The notes under the pieces are model-generated. The model searched no databases, was not told the DNA's origin, and saw nothing but the letters and a program-made list of their open reading frames with translations. A program made the position numbers and the translations under genes. Below, piece after piece: positions 49,501-57,393 of a DNA stretch of 64,000 nt (position 1 is its first letter; the number at the start of each line of letters is the position of its first letter). The stretch is from Candidatus Cloacimonadales bacterium (GTDB lineage Bacteria > Cloacimonadota > Cloacimonadia > Cloacimonadales > JAIOQZ01): contig CAXXTU010000002.1 in the NCBI GenBank assembly GCA_963662655.2, positions 3,552,001-3,616,000 of the forward strand, written 5' to 3'.

Positions 49501-49605
49501 GATTTGAGTACTTCTTCTTGTTCCAAGTTTTACAGAGTGACCGCAGGCAGCCCGTTCCTCGAATCCTTACTCATCAAAACAGGAAGTGAACCGGCTTGTC
49601 ATTGA
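46507..49605 (+). CDS. Secreted LamG + seven FG-GAP/VCBS repeats + Fn3-like domain protein
   Basis: AAGGAG SD; signal peptide; LamG (WVHVACVYD, GKIDEVRIWN); 7x WGDYDNDGDLD(I/L)LL; YYWSVQAID and YYYRVKTVD Fn3-like motifs. Confidence 0.88.
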   Translation: MKTAVIIIFIFLMFFTLNLYGNNALDFNGITDYASIPDDGLFDVAAVTIELWFYWDGSGTDVDFLTAKSTEELEIHLGGSTSNGIRFIPTSSVWIDTPAEAFTPGAWVHVACVYDPGQSLGKIYVNGNDMGAVNNGSNPLTTAIVHSDSDFRLGLRGNGSFPHNGKIDEVRIWNYARSQVEIQSAIWDPLTGSENGLIGYWRLDVLEDLGINGDGADDIRDYTANNLHGDTDGTVLTGGAPLHPFTEIADNLVDVSSGNDVVWGDYDNDGDLDILLTGGSIPGGRLSEVYRNDGDDTFTAINAGLPVFTGSSNAWGDYDNDGDLDLLLAGEEFPTELAISKICRNDGNDTFTDINAGLVGVEDSNVAWGDYDNDGDLDILLTGTNVSCDNLSEIYRNDGNDTFTAINAGLAGISEGSVAWGDYDNDGDLDILLAAGLPLGVYITRIYRNDSNDTFTDIDAGLQGVGFCSVAWGDYDNDGDLDILLAGDYYDGSWHTISKVYRNDSNDTFTDINAGLVGVKNCNVAWGDYDNDGDLDILLSGYGSSPTTKIYKNNGDDTFTEQTGINLAGLVNGSVAWGDYDNDGDLDILLAGYDFTSIYRNNAAIANAAPNAPEGLAAIADRNSLTFSWNAAADDETPSSGLTYNLRVGSTSGGDEVFSSMAQSDGWRKVPRLGSQNHNTEWTFDVTYPFQTSSVVYYWSVQAIDNCFAGSPFASEQVFNPVLYPCLINADEQRPTGTLLWETNSLDVIDSYQIQIDDNPDFSSPEVDDNVLPPNSRITELYAGVRLNTLPEYGNLADDTVYYWRMKPNYSNGWTSVFTDGTAHFFFNKINTAPDAPISGFTPANDEAVSSLTPILSWGNASDPDLSDNSDCLKYYIELDTTDTFVAPVYSVMTAFGQPYVQIESNLLAGYRYYYRVKTVDDELTESDWSAIQQFITLMPPQNVTITRNDACVMISWDSVPYKYRGIIYSVYSSNDPNAVFPDGWAVEAVNLNTTSWSDLSTSSCSKFYRVTAGSPFLESLLIKTGSEPACH
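47290..48280 (+). repeat. Seven intragenic tandem repeats (~155-170 bp period)
   Basis: Recurring TGGGG(C/T)GA(C/T)TA(C/T)GA(C/T)AA(C/T)GA(C/T)GGCGA and CGCAATGAC(G/A)GC(A/G)ATGATAC DNA blocks. Confidence 0.9.
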
Positions 49606-49651
49606 TCACTCAAACTCCAGGCATTCTGTTTTTCACAAACTAAATCAACCG

Positions 49652-49677
49652 GCCTGCTCGTCTTGGGCAGGCTTTTT
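49652..49677 (+). terminator. Rho-independent terminator
   Basis: GCCTGCTC-GTCTT-GGGCAGGC followed by TTTTT. Confidence 0.75.
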
Positions 49678-49885
49678 CATCTGACTCGGCGTTCGATTCG
49701 TCCACTGCGCTCGTCGGTCCGATGGCGCTTCATTTCCGGCTCTATTGATTTGCGGTACAAGAAGTTGATTCGCAACCCCCCGAAACCTTCCAAACCCAGA
49801 CCAGATTTGGCATTCTTGGTGTTACTTCGCATCACAATCCTGTAGAACAATTGTCGGCGTCCATCTAGATAGAAACAGGAATCGA

Positions 49886-49914
49886 TTGACATCAAGATAG
49901 TTCCTGTGTATTCT
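49886..49914 (+). promoter_or_regulatory. sigma70-type promoter
   Basis: TTGACA, 17-bp spacer, TATTCT. Confidence 0.6.
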
Positions 49915-50064
49915 GTAAATAAGATAATGTTAGGAATGTACGAAGGATACGCTATATTTTCCATTACAAGCAGTGAAAATCGTTTCGGTTTCGTAAGGGA
50001 TGATGCCGACGATCGCATTGGGGTCATGCGGGTCTGAACAATGTATGATTTCGGGAGTTAATGT

Positions 50065-52458
50065 ATGAGGCTCAGGGCAAAACTGACTTTCTCATATATC
50101 ATGATTGTTTCCCTGTCAATTCTCGTCATGGTGATGCTTGGGATTTTTATCATCGACAACATCATGTACCAGATGACACAGGAGACATTGAAGTTGCGTC
50201 TGACACAAATTATGGACAGGCTGAGAGACTACCAGGAGATTCTGGACGAGACAGGATTGAACGAAATGGAAGGTTTCATCGAGCAGGCGAAGTCGGAAGC
50301 GATCCTGGGAATGAACAATTACCGGTTTGGCGAAACGGGCAGGCTTTTTATGGTTGCTTCAAACCTTGAGATGAAAGTGCCGATCAATTTCAAAAACCAG
50401 AACCGGTTGGACCCCGAGTTTCTCAAAAGGTTATTATCCGAGAAGTCAGGCCTGATCGAAAGTCACGCACATTTTGGGTCGGACCGTTTCACCATGTATG
50501 ATACTTTCCAGCCCTGGAAGTGGCTGATCATGATTTCCATCGAACGCGACGAGATGTTCCAACAGAAAAGGATCTACCTGATACGAGTTTTGATGATCGC
50601 CGCAATGATCCTGTTGCTCGCTTTCTTTGCCTCGCGGACTTTATCGAAGAGGATTACGCAACGTATCTACAATCTTCTTGAGACCGTCAATCAAATAGGA
50701 AAAGGTAACCTGGATGTGAAGATCGATGTGGTCCCGGACAGCGATGAGATATTCATGCTCCAGACGGGAACAGCGAAAATGCTCGACCAGATCAAGCAGA
50801 GAACAAAAGATCGCGAATTGGCCGAGATTGCGCTCAAGGAATCCGAGCGACGGCTTTCGGATATAATCAACTTCCTTCCGGATCCCACCTTTGTTATCGA
50901 CCTGGATCATCGCGTGATTGCGTGGAACCGCGCGATTGAGAGGATGACGGATATCTCGGCAAACGATATACTTGGAAAAGCCGATTACGAATATGCGTTG
51001 CCATTTTATAACAAGCGTCGTCCGTTGCTTATCGATCAGGTTCTGAAATCTCGAAAGGATTTGCTTGAAGTATATAAGAATGCCTTCTGGCAGGATAACA
51101 CCCTGAATGCCGAGATGGTTTCCGATAAGCTCTATGCCGGGAAGAAAACCTATCTGATAGGCGCTGCGTGCGCGCTCTACGATTCCACGGGAAAGCTTGT
51201 CGGCGCGATTGAATCGATTAAAGATATCACCTCCAGGAAGACGATTGAATCCGAGAAAGAGAAATTATCCATGCAACTGCAACGCTCGCAGAAGATGGAG
51301 GCAATCGGAACGCTCGCCGGGGGGCTTGCGCACGATTTCAACAACGTTCTCGGGGGGATCAAAGGCACGGTGTCGCTCCTGAAATTCAATCTCGAGAATG
51401 GCCAGGAAGATTCGGAGAAATTCAACGAATACCTCGATCTGATCGATCATGCCTCCGATAGGGCCGTTGATATGGTGGAGCAATTGCTGATGCTTTCAAA
51501 GAAGCAGAAACTTACGCTGAAACCCGTCAACCTCAATCAATCGCTCGAGAGCATCGTGAAGATATGCCACAGCACGTTCGATAAATCCATCGATATCAAT
51601 GTCGAGTACTACCCGAAACCGGCCCTGACGATGGCCGATCCGACACAGATCGAGCAGGTATTGCTCAACCTGGCTGTAAACGCCTCCCACGCGATGACAT
51701 TGATGCGTAAAAAGAAAGAAAAGTACGGCGGAGAGTTTAATGTAAATATCAACCGCCAATTCCTGGACAAATTTTTCACGTTCTCGCACCCGGATGCAGA
51801 GGAAGGAGATTACTGGATTATCCGCATCAAGGACACCGGCGTTGGAATGGGACCGGATGTTTTGGCGAAAATCTTCGATCCATTCTTCACGACAAAGGAT
51901 CAGGCATACGGAACCGGACTTGGGATGGCGATGGTCTACAATATTATCATCAATCATCGCGGTTTTGTCGATGTCTATTCGGAGCTGGGAGTCGGGACGA
52001 CCTTCCTGGTTTATCTGCCTGTTCTCAAGGAAATTGCGACCACGGAGAAGGCGATCGCCACCAAGGCCGAACTTTCGAGGGGCAACGAGACGATTCTCGT
52101 GGTGGATGACGAAGAAATTATGCGGAACATTGCAGAGAAGATGCTCGTTGAATGCGGATATGGAGTGATTGTGGCTGAAAACGGCATAAAGGCAATCGAG
52201 ATATATACGGAGAAGCACGACGAGATCGATATAGTGATTCTCGATATGGCTATGCCCAAGCTTTCGGGTAAAGAGACTTACATCGAGCTCAAGAAGATCA
52301 ATCCTGACATCATGGTGCTGCTCGCATCAGGTTTCCGACAGGATGTTCGCATCGAGGAGACCCTCGGCCTGGGAGCGAATTCCTTTATCCAGAAGCCGTA
52401 TATCCTCAACGATCTCACGCACAGCATTCGCCAGTTACTGGACGATACGACGGTGTAG
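50065..52458 (+). CDS. Hybrid sensor histidine kinase (periplasmic sensor, HAMP, PAS, HisKA, HATPase, REC)
   Basis: Two TMs; IINFLPDPTFVID PAS; GGLAHDFNN; DTGVGM, FDPFFTTK, GTGLG; ILVVDDE...ILDMAMP. Confidence 0.93.
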   Translation: MRLRAKLTFSYIMIVSLSILVMVMLGIFIIDNIMYQMTQETLKLRLTQIMDRLRDYQEILDETGLNEMEGFIEQAKSEAILGMNNYRFGETGRLFMVASNLEMKVPINFKNQNRLDPEFLKRLLSEKSGLIESHAHFGSDRFTMYDTFQPWKWLIMISIERDEMFQQKRIYLIRVLMIAAMILLLAFFASRTLSKRITQRIYNLLETVNQIGKGNLDVKIDVVPDSDEIFMLQTGTAKMLDQIKQRTKDRELAEIALKESERRLSDIINFLPDPTFVIDLDHRVIAWNRAIERMTDISANDILGKADYEYALPFYNKRRPLLIDQVLKSRKDLLEVYKNAFWQDNTLNAEMVSDKLYAGKKTYLIGAACALYDSTGKLVGAIESIKDITSRKTIESEKEKLSMQLQRSQKMEAIGTLAGGLAHDFNNVLGGIKGTVSLLKFNLENGQEDSEKFNEYLDLIDHASDRAVDMVEQLLMLSKKQKLTLKPVNLNQSLESIVKICHSTFDKSIDINVEYYPKPALTMADPTQIEQVLLNLAVNASHAMTLMRKKKEKYGGEFNVNINRQFLDKFFTFSHPDAEEGDYWIIRIKDTGVGMGPDVLAKIFDPFFTTKDQAYGTGLGMAMVYNIIINHRGFVDVYSELGVGTTFLVYLPVLKEIATTEKAIATKAELSRGNETILVVDDEEIMRNIAEKMLVECGYGVIVAENGIKAIEIYTEKHDEIDIVILDMAMPKLSGKETYIELKKINPDIMVLLASGFRQDVRIEETLGLGANSFIQKPYILNDLTHSIRQLLDDTTV

Positions 52459-52650
52459 AAAAGCGTGATTCCGACAATTTGCGTTTGATATTTCGTAATT
52501 GCTTTATACATAGATAGATGCGGCGCCACATCAAGGCGAATGCTTATAAAAACTGTACGATAGCGAACATATTGGTTGACGTCTCCCAGCCACATTGCAA
52601 TAATCTGTACCGATACATACGACAAGAAATCAATCATGAAAGGAACAAAT

Positions 52651-54024
52651 ATGTCTGAGAAAATCGGTAAGATACTGGCCGTTGACGATAACGAAGATAT
52701 TCTGATATCGTTGAAACTCTTGCTCAAGCAGCACGTAGAGCTGGTCCACACGGAGAAGGATCCTCAGAAAATCCCGGAATTGCTCAAGGATACCCACTAC
52801 GATGTAATCCTGCTCGACATGAACTTCTCGTCCGATATGATCAGCGGGAAGGAAGGCTTCTTCTGGCTTCAGCGGATACTGGAGATCGATCCGGACGCGG
52901 TGGTTATTTTCATCACGGCCTTCGGCGACGTTGAAAAAGCGGTACGGGCAGTTCATTCGGGCGCTACCGATTTTGTACTGAAGCCCTGGCAGAATGAAAA
53001 GCTGATCGCGACGGTGAATAGCGGCGTTATTCTGAGACGCTCGAAAAGCGAAGCCTTTGCTCTTCGTGAACGCCAGCAGGGACTCAGCGACGCGTATGAC
53101 CAGCCTTTCCACGATTTCATCGGCGTTTCGGAGGAGATGCAACGGGTTTTCAAGACCATCAAGAAGGTCGCCAAAACCGACGCTAGCGTCCTGATTCTGG
53201 GTGAGAACGGAACCGGGAAAGAGCTTGTCGCCCGAGCGCTGCACAGGAATTCAAACAGAAAGGGGAATTTCCTGAGCGTGGACCTCGGTTCCATCAGCGA
53301 AACGCTTTTCGAAAGCGAGCTTTTTGGTCACGTGAAGGGCGCTTACACCGACGCGAAGAAGGATCGCCCCGGGCGATTCGAGATAGCGTCGGGCGGAACG
53401 CTGTTCCTGGATGAGATCGGAAACCTCTCGTTGCCGCTTCAAGCGAAGCTTCTTACCGTGATCGAAAAGGGTGAGGTGATCCGCGTGGGCTCGAACAAGC
53501 ACATACCGGTGGATGTCAGGCTCATCTGCGCAACCAACATACCGGTGCATCAGCTCAGCAAGGAGAAGAAATTTCGTCAGGACCTCCTGTATCGCATCAA
53601 CACCATCGAGATCCATTTACCGCCGCTGAGAGAGCGTGTCGAAGACATCTCGCTACTGGCGAACCACTTCCTGCAACGGCTGGTGAAGAAATATGGCAAA
53701 TCCGTGTCCGGAATCTCGAAGAGCGCGATGAAGAAGCTGGAGATGTACAACTGGCCCGGCAATGTCCGCGAACTCCAGCACGCGATCGAACGCGCGATCA
53801 TCCTCAGCGAATCGAGCTATCTGGAGCCCGGAGATTTCCTGCTTTCCGCAAGCAGCAAGGGAACCGAGGAGTTCGTGATCGAGACCTACAATCTGGAAGA
53901 GGTCGAGAAAAAGACGATCGAAAAGGTGATCCGTAAATACAAAGGCAATATCACGCAGGCAGCCCGTGAACTGGGCCTGACCCGTACATCGCTTTATAGA
54001 AGGCTCGAGAAATACGGACTATGA
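52651..54024 (+). CDS. NtrC/Fis-family response regulator (REC-AAA+-HTH)
   Basis: LLDMNF; GENGTGKE; ESELFGHVKGAYTDA; LFLDEIG; WPGNVREL; Fis HTH. Confidence 0.93.
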   Translation: MSEKIGKILAVDDNEDILISLKLLLKQHVELVHTEKDPQKIPELLKDTHYDVILLDMNFSSDMISGKEGFFWLQRILEIDPDAVVIFITAFGDVEKAVRAVHSGATDFVLKPWQNEKLIATVNSGVILRRSKSEAFALRERQQGLSDAYDQPFHDFIGVSEEMQRVFKTIKKVAKTDASVLILGENGTGKELVARALHRNSNRKGNFLSVDLGSISETLFESELFGHVKGAYTDAKKDRPGRFEIASGGTLFLDEIGNLSLPLQAKLLTVIEKGEVIRVGSNKHIPVDVRLICATNIPVHQLSKEKKFRQDLLYRINTIEIHLPPLRERVEDISLLANHFLQRLVKKYGKSVSGISKSAMKKLEMYNWPGNVRELQHAIERAIILSESSYLEPGDFLLSASSKGTEEFVIETYNLEEVEKKTIEKVIRKYKGNITQAARELGLTRTSLYRRLEKYGL

Positions 54025-55373
54025 ACCTGAAAAGATTCCGGCTGCAGTGCATCTTCCGCGTTGTGCTGCTTACCGTGACGATATTTCTCTTTTTCTACTT
54101 CTTCGACCGGAGCATTCCCATCGGGATCAAAATCCTGATCGGAATGACCATCGTTTTGCAGACCGTTCTGTTGATCTCGTACGTCGAGCGTACCAACAGA
54201 ATGCTGACGACCTTCCTCAATTCGATCCGTTACTCGGAGTTCAGCAGCAGTTTCGAAGTCAAGGGACTCGGCTCCTCCTTCGATGTGCTCAAGAATTCGT
54301 TCAACAACGTGATCAACGACTTCCAGCGCATCAGCACCGAGCGCGAGGTGCATTACCACTACCTGAAAAACGTGGTGGAACACGTGGGCGTAGCGCTGAT
54401 CGCGTTTCGCTCCAACGGTGATGTCGAAATCTGCAACAAGGCCGCGAAGCGCCTCTTCCGGATGGACCACATCAAGAGCATCGATAGCTTGAGCGGATAC
54501 AATCCGAAACTCTACGAAAAGCTGATCACGCTTCGCTCCGGCGAAAGGGCGATGGTCAAGATCCAGCGCCATGAAGACCTCTTGCAGCTTGCGATGTACG
54601 CGACGGAGTTCAAGCTGCAAGACCGCACCATGATTCTCGTATCGATCCAGAATATCCAGAGCGAGCTCGAGGAACAGGAGCTTGAAGCATGGCAGAAGCT
54701 CATCCGGGTGCTCACGCACGAGATCATGAATTCCATTACACCCATCGCGTCGCTCTCCTCGACGATCAAGAAGATGCTGGAGGAAGTGCACGAAAGCAAT
54801 GAGGAGAATGTCCTTTGCGAGGAGACGTTCGGGGATATCAACAGCGCGGTCAACACCATCGAGCGGCGCAGCTCCGGACTGATCCGGTTTGTGGAATCCT
54901 ACCGTAACCTCACGCGCATCCCGAAGCCCAACTTCACGATTTTCCCGATCGAGAGCCTTTTCGACAACCTCCGCAACCTCTTCACGGAAGAGTTGCACGA
55001 AGCGGGGATCGAGTTCGAGATGAAAATCGTGCCGCAAGCCATCGATCTGACCGCGGACGAGAGCATGGTCGAGCAGATTCTCATCAACCTCATCCAGAAC
55101 GCCAAGCACGCATTGCGCGATAAGGATCAAGGGAAGATTGCCCTCAGCGCATTCATCGGTTCGAACGGAAAGCCGGTGATTCAGGTGTGGGACAACGGGC
55201 TCGGGATTCTCGAAGATGTCATCGACAAGATTTTCATTCCCTTCTTCACGACAAAGCCGTCCGGAACCGGTATCGGACTCGCCCTGGCCCGTCAGATGAT
55301 GCGCCTGCACGGCGGAACGATCAGCGCGCGTTCCGAGCTTGGCAAGGAAACGGCGTTTACATTACGGTTCTAA
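54021..55373 (+). CDS. PAS-domain sensor histidine kinase (NtrY-like), cognate of the upstream regulator
   Basis: ATGA overlap; LTHEIMNSITP; DNGLGI, FIPFFTTK, GTGIGL. Confidence 0.93.
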   Translation: MNLKRFRLQCIFRVVLLTVTIFLFFYFFDRSIPIGIKILIGMTIVLQTVLLISYVERTNRMLTTFLNSIRYSEFSSSFEVKGLGSSFDVLKNSFNNVINDFQRISTEREVHYHYLKNVVEHVGVALIAFRSNGDVEICNKAAKRLFRMDHIKSIDSLSGYNPKLYEKLITLRSGERAMVKIQRHEDLLQLAMYATEFKLQDRTMILVSIQNIQSELEEQELEAWQKLIRVLTHEIMNSITPIASLSSTIKKMLEEVHESNEENVLCEETFGDINSAVNTIERRSSGLIRFVESYRNLTRIPKPNFTIFPIESLFDNLRNLFTEELHEAGIEFEMKIVPQAIDLTADESMVEQILINLIQNAKHALRDKDQGKIALSAFIGSNGKPVIQVWDNGLGILEDVIDKIFIPFFTTKPSGTGIGLALARQMMRLHGGTISARSELGKETAFTLRF

Positions 55374-55606
55374 TGCATTCAAGGTAGTTTACTAACATTT
55401 ATCGTGTCTCATCATCCGTGTCGGGGATACCCATTCCTTGCTTTCAATAACAATAACTGAATAATCCTCAGTGCCGTACCTTAATGATTTATAGTAATTT
55501 ATGTGCGGAAATTCTAACATTTCTACGTATTTTTATATTGCGTAACGGAAGTATGTGCATACCTTCTCGATAAGAATCTACGATACGAACAACCATGGAG
55601 GTATTC

Positions 55607-56026
55607 ATGATAGCAAAAAACAAGGCAGCTTTAGCGCTGGTACTATTATTGTTCTCTGCTGTATTATCGGCAAAGATGGTGATAATCGTAAACAGTAACG
55701 CAGAGATAAGTCAGCTCCCCAAAAGTGTTGCGAAGGGCATCTTCACCGGTGACATCAAGACGTTGAAGGGGATGGACGATATGATCGTTTGCTTGCAGGA
55801 GGACAACGCGTCCCACGAGGCGTTTTTATCAGAATTTCTCGGTATGACCGGTTCGCAGTTCGAGCAGCTTTGGCAGAAACTGATTTTTACCGGAAAAGCC
55901 ATGGAGCCTGAGAAATTTTCGAGCGATGCAGAAGTGATCAAGTATGTCATCGACAACCCCGGAGCGATCGGTTACATCAATGTCGAATCTCTGGACAATC
56001 GCGTTAAAGCTTTACTGGTTAAGTAG
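55607..56026 (+). CDS. Small periplasmic substrate-binding-fold protein (PstS-like)
   Basis: GGAGG SD; signal peptide; WQKLIFTGK and NPGAIGYI motifs. Confidence 0.75.
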   Translation: MIAKNKAALALVLLLFSAVLSAKMVIIVNSNAEISQLPKSVAKGIFTGDIKTLKGMDDMIVCLQEDNASHEAFLSEFLGMTGSQFEQLWQKLIFTGKAMEPEKFSSDAEVIKYVIDNPGAIGYINVESLDNRVKALLVK

Positions 56027-56034
56027 GAGGAAAC

Positions 56035-57237
56035 ATGAGAACTAGAACATACATATTGTTAATCGTACTCGTTGTTGGATCGATCGCAATGCTGAATGCA
56101 TCACAGAAAGTGGATTTTCACGGATTCGCCTCCCAGGGCTACCTGTACTCTTCGGATAACAATTATCTGGCGAAGACAAGTGATGGAACCTTTGATTTTA
56201 ACGAGTTTGCACTGAATGCCTCCGCTCGCCTGACCAGAAGACTTCACCTCGGCCTCCAGTTCGCCGCCCGTGATATGGGTGATGTAGGAAACAACGCGGT
56301 TTACCTCGATTGGGCCTTCGCAGACTATCAGTATAGTCAATACATTGGGCTACGCGCCGGTAAAGCGAAAACCTCAGTCGGGTTGCTGGCCGATTACTGG
56401 GACATCGACGCGGTGCGCACGAACATCTATCTCCCGCTTGGTGTGTATCCGGAGAATTTCCGCGATGTGAACATGACCAACAGGGGTTTCGGCTTCTACG
56501 GCAGTAGCGGGTTGGATATCTTGGGTAGCGTGCAATACAACGCGATGATCGGTACAGACAACGTGAGTACGGACGGTCCGTTTGCCCGTTGGATCGCAAG
56601 CCGCAAGAACATGGAGATGGAGTCGCTGGACGCAGAGTACAAATTCAACGGTAGCCTGACTTGGGAAACGCCGTTGGATGGTCTGCTTCTCAAGGGCAGT
56701 ATTATCGATTCCAAGTTTTCGCTCGGCCTCTACAGCCCTCAGAACAACATGACAATCGATCAGGATACGCACTCGACGAGCTATATCGGTTCGGTCCAAT
56801 TTACATATAAGAATCTGGAGGTGTCCGGAGAGTACTTGATGATCGACATCCATCAGGAATACCCCGACCTGCCGCTGCCGGATTCGGATTCAAAGATCGA
56901 AGGCTATTATGGGAAAATCGATTATCGATTCAACGACTGGTTGCAGGCTGGCACCTACTACACGGTTTATTATCCCGATGCCGACGACAAGGACGGTGAA
57001 GACCTTTCCGCCGATCCCACATCTGCCGGATACCGTCCGGACTACTGGGCATGGCAGAAGGACCTTTGCCTCACGCTTCGTTTCGACCCGATGCCCGGCT
57101 GGATTGTCAAGCTGGAGGGCCACATGATGAATGGCTGCGCGAGCATGCTCGCCATGGATCAGGAGGATACCGCCGACATGACGAAAACGGAAGAAGACTG
57201 GTATCTGCTCGCCGCCAAACTCACCTACATTTTCTAG
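56035..57237 (+). CDS. Porin-like outer-membrane beta-barrel
   Basis: Signal peptide; HGFASQGY, LDWAFADY, LRAGK, LRFD, KLEGH; terminal TYIF. Confidence 0.75.
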   Translation: MRTRTYILLIVLVVGSIAMLNASQKVDFHGFASQGYLYSSDNNYLAKTSDGTFDFNEFALNASARLTRRLHLGLQFAARDMGDVGNNAVYLDWAFADYQYSQYIGLRAGKAKTSVGLLADYWDIDAVRTNIYLPLGVYPENFRDVNMTNRGFGFYGSSGLDILGSVQYNAMIGTDNVSTDGPFARWIASRKNMEMESLDAEYKFNGSLTWETPLDGLLLKGSIIDSKFSLGLYSPQNNMTIDQDTHSTSYIGSVQFTYKNLEVSGEYLMIDIHQEYPDLPLPDSDSKIEGYYGKIDYRFNDWLQAGTYYTVYYPDADDKDGEDLSADPTSAGYRPDYWAWQKDLCLTLRFDPMPGWIVKLEGHMMNGCASMLAMDQEDTADMTKTEEDWYLLAAKLTYIF

Positions 57238-57256
57238 CCGACAATCGAACTTTGAA

Positions 57257-57288
57257 AAGCCCTCGCAATTTGTGGGGGCTTCTTTTTT
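57257..57288 (+). terminator. Rho-independent terminator
   Basis: AAGCCCTCGCA-ATT-TGTGGGGGCTT followed by CTTTTTT. Confidence 0.8.
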
Positions 57289-57393
57289 CTAATCGAACAA
57301 ATACTCACTAGCTTCAGTGAATTACAAAAGAATGGACATTTTTCACAAAATACACGATACTGGAGATCAGTTATTTTTATCGAGGAGGATTTC

